In this document: positions 5,801-10,229 of the stretch, in pieces
How positions within the stretch are numbered: the stretch's first letter is position 1
Layout: each line of letters starts with the position of its first letter
Assembly (NCBI GenBank): GCA_048941265.1
Contig: JBHLNT010000154.1
Coordinates: 1 to 10,229 of the forward strand
Direction of reading: 5' to 3'
Length of the DNA stretch: 10,229 nucleotides
From: Promethearchaeota archaeon
Lineage (GTDB): Archaea; Asgardarchaeota; Lokiarchaeia; Sigyniarchaeales; SOKP01
The notes under the pieces: model-generated
Seen by the model: only the letters and a program-made list of their open reading frames with translations
The model's database searches: none
Told to the model about the DNA's origin: nothing
Position numbers and translations under genes: made by a program

Positions 5801-7606
5801 TTACATGCCCCACCATGGATGCTGAGTAGCACGCATCAATTTAATAAATTCTCTTAATACATCTTTTTGATCGGTGGTAAGTTGATTTAAAAATTTGGCC
5901 ATTAATTGCCTTACGTGTGATTCTGGTACATTAACATACAAAATTTCATCTTTCCCAATATCACGCCCTATTTCAATGCCCCGAATAGAAATTGCTACTT
6001 CACTATCTTTTTCCGCCTTTTCTAAGCTTTGACCCTTATCTTGAATTTGATGTACTCTTCCAACCTTTTTACCTTTATCAGTGATTACCGAAACTTTTGG
6101 TTTTAAAGTGCCACCCTCAACACTTACACCAAATACTGCGGGATTAGAATTTCTGAAGATATATTCGGGGAACATTTTGAGCTTAGCAGGTAATATTAAT
6201 TCCCCTAATTCTTTAGCTGTATCTTCTGATCTTCGTGTTTCAGAATATTCAATATAATCTTCTAACAATCTGTAAATGACGTTATTCGTAAAAATACGGA
6301 TATTATCATTATAAGCTTGTTCTTCCGCTTCCGGCAATATCGGCACGTTAAACCCTAGTACGACAGCGGAATAAGGATCGAAATCTCTAACGATATAAGC
6401 ATTTAATACATCCTCTTTCTTAATAGGACCGACATCTGCTATGCTAATTTTAACACCACTCTGGGAAAAATGATTTTCTAAAGCCTCTAGTGATCCCAAT
6501 GCATCCGCTTTTAGTACTACTCCCGCTTTTTCGGTTTTAATTCTTATACTCTCAACTTCGGATTCAATTTCTTCATACACAGTTTCTTCTTCGGATAGAT
6601 CCCCTATTCCTTTAAATGGAGAGCCTGCCACCACATCCTCTATGTTAGGTGCAAGAATCTTAATACCTGCTGCGGCACTTACCAGATCTTTAGAATCGAA
6701 TTTTTGCCGAGGATCTCTAATCTCATCTAGAGGTTTGGGTGAAAGGAGAGCCCTAACTTTTGATTTTATTGGTTTTTCTAAGCCACCAACAATAAACTCA
6801 TCGCCTTTCTTGAGTACTCCATCATAAATTAGCACATCCATCGTTTTTCCATATCCTTTTTCTTTTTTTACCTCTAGCACGACTCCTTTAGCAGGTCCTT
6901 CTGAAAATTTTAAATTTTGTGTAAGGTATTGCTGTGTTAAACCCATTAAAACCATAAAGAGGGTAGATATCCCTTCTCCTGTTTTAGCGCTGGTGGGAAC
7001 AATAGCTACTTTTTTAGTAAAATCTTTAATTTTGTCATACCTATCAATGCCTTTAAAGCCCTCTTCTAAAAAGTTGCCCATAATTTGAAGAAGCTTCTCA
7101 TCTAAATAATCCTTAACATGTGGTTTTTGCTTATTATAACTATCAAGAAAATCGGCATCTTTCGTCGGTTTCCAGCCAGATATTCGGTCAATTTTATTAG
7201 CGGCTATAACAAACGGTGTACGTTTTTCTCTTAATATTCTTACAGATTCCCAAGTTATAGGCATTGTACCAGACATCACATCGATTACTAAAATTGCTAT
7301 ATCTGCCACAGCACCGCCTCTTTTCCTTAGGTTCATGAACGCTGCATGACCTGGAGTATCAACGATTAACATCCCCGGTAATTTAATTTCTTTATCAGCA
7401 AATTCCTGTTTTGATTTTTTTAGAAATTCTTTAATATCTTCAGTTGGAAAGTATGAGGCTCCTATGTGTTGAGTAATTCCTGCCGCTTCCCTCTGTTGTA
7501 CTACAGTACCTCGAATATAATCTAAAAGCGATGTTTTTCCGTGATCTATATGTCCCAAAATACATGCAATTGGAGCTCTAATTATTTTTTCTTCACTACT
7601 CGTCAT
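5801..7606 (-). CDS. infB: Translation initiation factor IF-2, archaeal aIF5B type
   Basis: IRAPIACILGHIDHGKT (G1), GITQHIGA, DTPGH (G3), NKID (G4), SAKTGEG (G5), KADALGSLEAL, and the archaeal/eukaryotic-type motifs PKPLDEIRD and IFRNSNPAVFGV. 601 aa with no bacterial-type N-terminal extension and no intein-sized insertion. Confidence 0.98.
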   Translation of the reverse strand: MTSSEEKIIRAPIACILGHIDHGKTSLLDYIRGTVVQQREAAGITQHIGASYFPTEDIKEFLKKSKQEFADKEIKLPGMLIVDTPGHAAFMNLRKRGGAVADIAILVIDVMSGTMPITWESVRILREKRTPFVIAANKIDRISGWKPTKDADFLDSYNKQKPHVKDYLDEKLLQIMGNFLEEGFKGIDRYDKIKDFTKKVAIVPTSAKTGEGISTLFMVLMGLTQQYLTQNLKFSEGPAKGVVLEVKKEKGYGKTMDVLIYDGVLKKGDEFIVGGLEKPIKSKVRALLSPKPLDEIRDPRQKFDSKDLVSAAAGIKILAPNIEDVVAGSPFKGIGDLSEEETVYEEIESEVESIRIKTEKAGVVLKADALGSLEALENHFSQSGVKISIADVGPIKKEDVLNAYIVRDFDPYSAVVLGFNVPILPEAEEQAYNDNIRIFTNNVIYRLLEDYIEYSETRRSEDTAKELGELILPAKLKMFPEYIFRNSNPAVFGVSVEGGTLKPKVSVITDKGKKVGRVHQIQDKGQSLEKAEKDSEVAISIRGIEIGRDIGKDEILYVNVPESHVRQLMAKFLNQLTTDQKDVLREFIKLMRATQHPWWGM

Positions 7607-7630
7607 TTTTGACCACGATTCTAGTATGAG

Positions 7631-7637
7631 TTTATAA
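7631..7637 (-). promoter_or_regulatory. Candidate TATA box for infB
   Basis: TTATAAA on the minus strand, centred about 28 nt upstream of the ATG at 7606. This spacing fits a leaderless or very short-leader archaeal transcript. Confidence 0.45.
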
Positions 7638-7709
7638 GAAATTGATTCCTCAAATGATAAGTAAAAAAAGTTACCAAAAGATTAGAATGTTATTTTAATA
7701 TCTAAAAAA

Positions 7710-10229
7710 TTAATTATGATTTAGATATTTTTTGAGGTATTCTGCGGTATAGGATTTTTTGCTCTTATTATTATTAACAATTTCTTCAGGGCTTCCCATA
7801 ATTACAACCCGACCACCATTTTCTCCTCCCTCTGGACCTAAGTCAATTATGTAATCGACTGATTTTATAATTTCCATGTTGTGTTCTATAATAATTACAG
7901 TATTTCCTTTATCTACTAATCTTTGAAGGACTTTCAACAAAATTTTGATATCATAAGCACTTAGTCCAGTTGTCGGTTCATCTAAAATATACAAGGTATT
8001 GCCAGTGCTAGTTTTTCTTAATTCTCTGGCAATTTTTAATCTTTGGGATTCTCCACCGCTTAGAGTAGTTGAAGATTGACCTAATTCTAAATACCCTAAT
8101 CCTACATCGACCACGGTTTGTAGAGTACTTTTAAGTTTTGGGAAGCTATCAAAAAATTTTAATGCTCGGTCAAAGGTCATTCTTAATACATCCGAAATAT
8201 TCTTATCCTTATATTTGATTTCAAGAGTTTCGGCATTATAGCGATGACCTTTGCATAAATCACATTTGATATATACATCTGGCAAAAAATACATTTCTTT
8301 TAGAATATATCCCGTACCCCTACATTTTTTGCAATGTCCTGCTTTAGTATTAAAGCTAAACCTTCCTTTTTTATAACCTCTCTCTCGAGATTCTGGCAAA
8401 GAGGCAAAGATATCTCTAATATAATCCATTGCTTTAGTATATGTTGCGGGAACTGATCTTGGAGTCCTCCCTATTGGGGATTGGTCTATGTCTATAATTT
8501 TATCAATTTCCTCATATCCGAGAATTTTATCGTAATCGCCAGTAATAACTTTAGAACTCCGAGTATTTACTAAGTTATGAAGCCCCTTATATAAACAATC
8601 TATAATTAAACTTGTTTTTCCTGCTCCTGAAACTCCAGTTATACATGTAAATACGCCTAATGGAATTTGTAAATCGATATTTTTTAAATTGTTTTCTCTC
8701 GCACCTTTAATTTCAATGAATTTATGGCCTATTTTTCTTCTTTTTTTAGGGGCTTCGATTTTTTCTTTTCCAGATAAATATTTTCCAGTCAATGAATCAG
8801 ATTTGAGTATTTCTTCTAAGGGTCCTTCGGCAACTATTTCTCCTCCGTTTTCACCTGCCAATGGTCCTAAATCCAATATATGATCGGCATTTCTAATAAC
8901 TTCCTCGTCATGTTCTACGACTAATACAGTATTTCCTAAATCTCTCAATTTTTTTAACATATTTACTAAACGAGAGATGTCTCTTTGATGTAATCCAACC
9001 GTAGGTTCATCTAACACATATAAAACACCTACTAAAGTTGATCCTAATTGAGTAGCGAGCCTTATTCTTTCGGCTTCTCCAACTGATAATGTATCTGATC
9101 TTCGACTTAATTGAATGTAGTCCAATCCCACATTTTCCAAAAAGGATAATCTATCTTTAATTTCTTTTAAAACTTCCTTAACAATTTTAAATTCTATCTC
9201 ACTTAGTTCCAAATTTTGAAAAAAATTAATACAATCCGAAACTGATAAATCAGAAAGCTGCGCAATATTTAAATTATTAATAGTCACCGCCCTGCTTTCA
9301 GGTTTTAATCTTTGACCATTACATTCTGGACAGTTAGTTTTATTCATAAAGCTTTCATAGATTTCTCGGCCAGCTTCAGATGTGGTTTCCATATATCTTC
9401 TATGAAGCATCGGAATTACTCCCTCAAATGGTTTAGTGATATGAAAAGACGCTTTTCTATCATTTTTTTGATATTTGAAAGTATTATTGTCACTTTTATA
9501 ATGAAATTCAATTGATTCTTGACCTGATCCAAACAACAATTTATGGAGCATTTTTGGATCTATATTTTTGATGGCGGTCTTATTTGTATCGAAGCCATAG
9601 TGCTTTGCAACTTGTTTGAGCATTTGCCATGAGTATCCGGTTGTAGTTCCAAAACCCGGGATATTTCTAATTTCACTCTCTTGAAGGGGAACATCTAAAT
9701 CATATCCTAAAATTAGCCCATAATCAAATTCCATTACACTTCCTAAACCATTACAATATCTACAACTCCCATGAGGGATATTAAATGAAAACATTTTGTG
9801 ATCTAATTGTGGAATAGATATGCCACAATCTAGACATGCATAATGTTCAGAAAAGATTTGCTCACCTTTTTCTAAAATTTCTACAGATACTATACCTTCA
9901 GTTAAATCTAAAGCAGTTTCAATAGAATCTGCCAATCTTGTTTTGATATCCTTTCGCATAACTAAACGGTCTACTATTACATTAATTGTATGCTTGATAT
10001 TTTTGTCCATTGAGATATTTTCATCAAGAGTATATTGGATCCCATCAATTTCTACTCTTACAAAACCTTGTTTTTTTAAATCTTGTAGAAGATCTTTATA
10101 TTCCCCCTTTCGATCTCTTATAATAGGTGCCTTTATTACAAATTTTTGATTTTCCTCTATAGAACTTAACACTTGTTCTATTATTTGTTGAGGTGTCTGA
10201 GGTTTTATTTCTTTTCCACAATTAGGGCA
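7710..10229 (-). CDS. uvrA: Excinuclease ABC subunit A (5' end outside the window)
   Basis: The frame stays open from the ORF-track start (10172) to the right edge and adds CPNCGKEIKPQTPQQIIEQV, so the true start and Walker A1 lie outside the window. Contains the UvrB-binding region (APIIRDRKGE...VIVDRL), zinc-binding CxxC pairs, FSFN motifs, LDEPTVGLH, VEHD, GARENNLKN, Walker A2 GVSGAGKT, DQSPIGRTPRS, LSGGESQR, IEHN and DLGPEGG. Confidence 0.98.
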   Translation of the reverse strand, partial: CPNCGKEIKPQTPQQIIEQVLSSIEENQKFVIKAPIIRDRKGEYKDLLQDLKKQGFVRVEIDGIQYTLDENISMDKNIKHTINVIVDRLVMRKDIKTRLADSIETALDLTEGIVSVEILEKGEQIFSEHYACLDCGISIPQLDHKMFSFNIPHGSCRYCNGLGSVMEFDYGLILGYDLDVPLQESEIRNIPGFGTTTGYSWQMLKQVAKHYGFDTNKTAIKNIDPKMLHKLLFGSGQESIEFHYKSDNNTFKYQKNDRKASFHITKPFEGVIPMLHRRYMETTSEAGREIYESFMNKTNCPECNGQRLKPESRAVTINNLNIAQLSDLSVSDCINFFQNLELSEIEFKIVKEVLKEIKDRLSFLENVGLDYIQLSRRSDTLSVGEAERIRLATQLGSTLVGVLYVLDEPTVGLHQRDISRLVNMLKKLRDLGNTVLVVEHDEEVIRNADHILDLGPLAGENGGEIVAEGPLEEILKSDSLTGKYLSGKEKIEAPKKRRKIGHKFIEIKGARENNLKNIDLQIPLGVFTCITGVSGAGKTSLIIDCLYKGLHNLVNTRSSKVITGDYDKILGYEEIDKIIDIDQSPIGRTPRSVPATYTKAMDYIRDIFASLPESRERGYKKGRFSFNTKAGHCKKCRGTGYILKEMYFLPDVYIKCDLCKGHRYNAETLEIKYKDKNISDVLRMTFDRALKFFDSFPKLKSTLQTVVDVGLGYLELGQSSTTLSGGESQRLKIARELRKTSTGNTLYILDEPTTGLSAYDIKILLKVLQRLVDKGNTVIIIEHNMEIIKSVDYIIDLGPEGGENGGRVVIMGSPEEIVNNNKSKKSYTAEYLKKYLNHN

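Noticed and set aside
5715-5806. Short palindromes TGAATA-TT-TATTCA (5715-5728) and ATGTAATTACAT (5795-5806)
   Set aside because: Arms of 6 bp are expected several times by chance in 10 kb of DNA this AT-rich.
5801-7606. Intein or recoding event in infB
   Set aside because: The length is normal for aIF5B, the motifs are contiguous and the frame is uninterrupted.
6642-10149. Short plus-strand ORFs 6642-6827, 8689-8883, 9312-9515 and 9943-10149
   Set aside because: Antisense shadows of infB and uvrA.
10170-10172. ORF-track start codon for uvrA
   Set aside because: Internal GTG (Val). The frame is open to the window edge and the N-terminal Walker A is missing, so the real start is outside the window. 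Not a pseudogene.

Overview
AT-rich prokaryotic window, most likely from an Asgard archaeon (Lokiarchaeia/Promethearchaeota-like). This is inferred from an intron-free Rab-like small GTPase near an archaeal-type aIF5B gene. Left to right: (1) a DUF998/Frag1-DRAM-like multipass membrane gene on the minus strand that runs off the left edge and is absent from the ORF track; (2) a divergently transcribed Rab-like GTPase; (3) a tightly coupled minus-strand gene pair, a 941-aa type-I surface protein (signal, beta-helix, FN3/Ig-like domains, TM, cytoplasmic tail) and a 345-aa ~6-TM protein with a C-terminal double zinc ribbon; (4) an intergenic region with a 12-bp tandem array of palindromic sites directly upstream of that pair; (5) infB (aIF5B); (6) a 5'-truncated uvrA with non-canonical ABC motifs. 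The best candidate for an undescribed system is the surface protein plus zinc-ribbon membrane protein operon with its operator-like array. No RNA genes, CRISPR arrays or mobile elements were recognised. All family assignments come from reading motifs by eye, without database searches.
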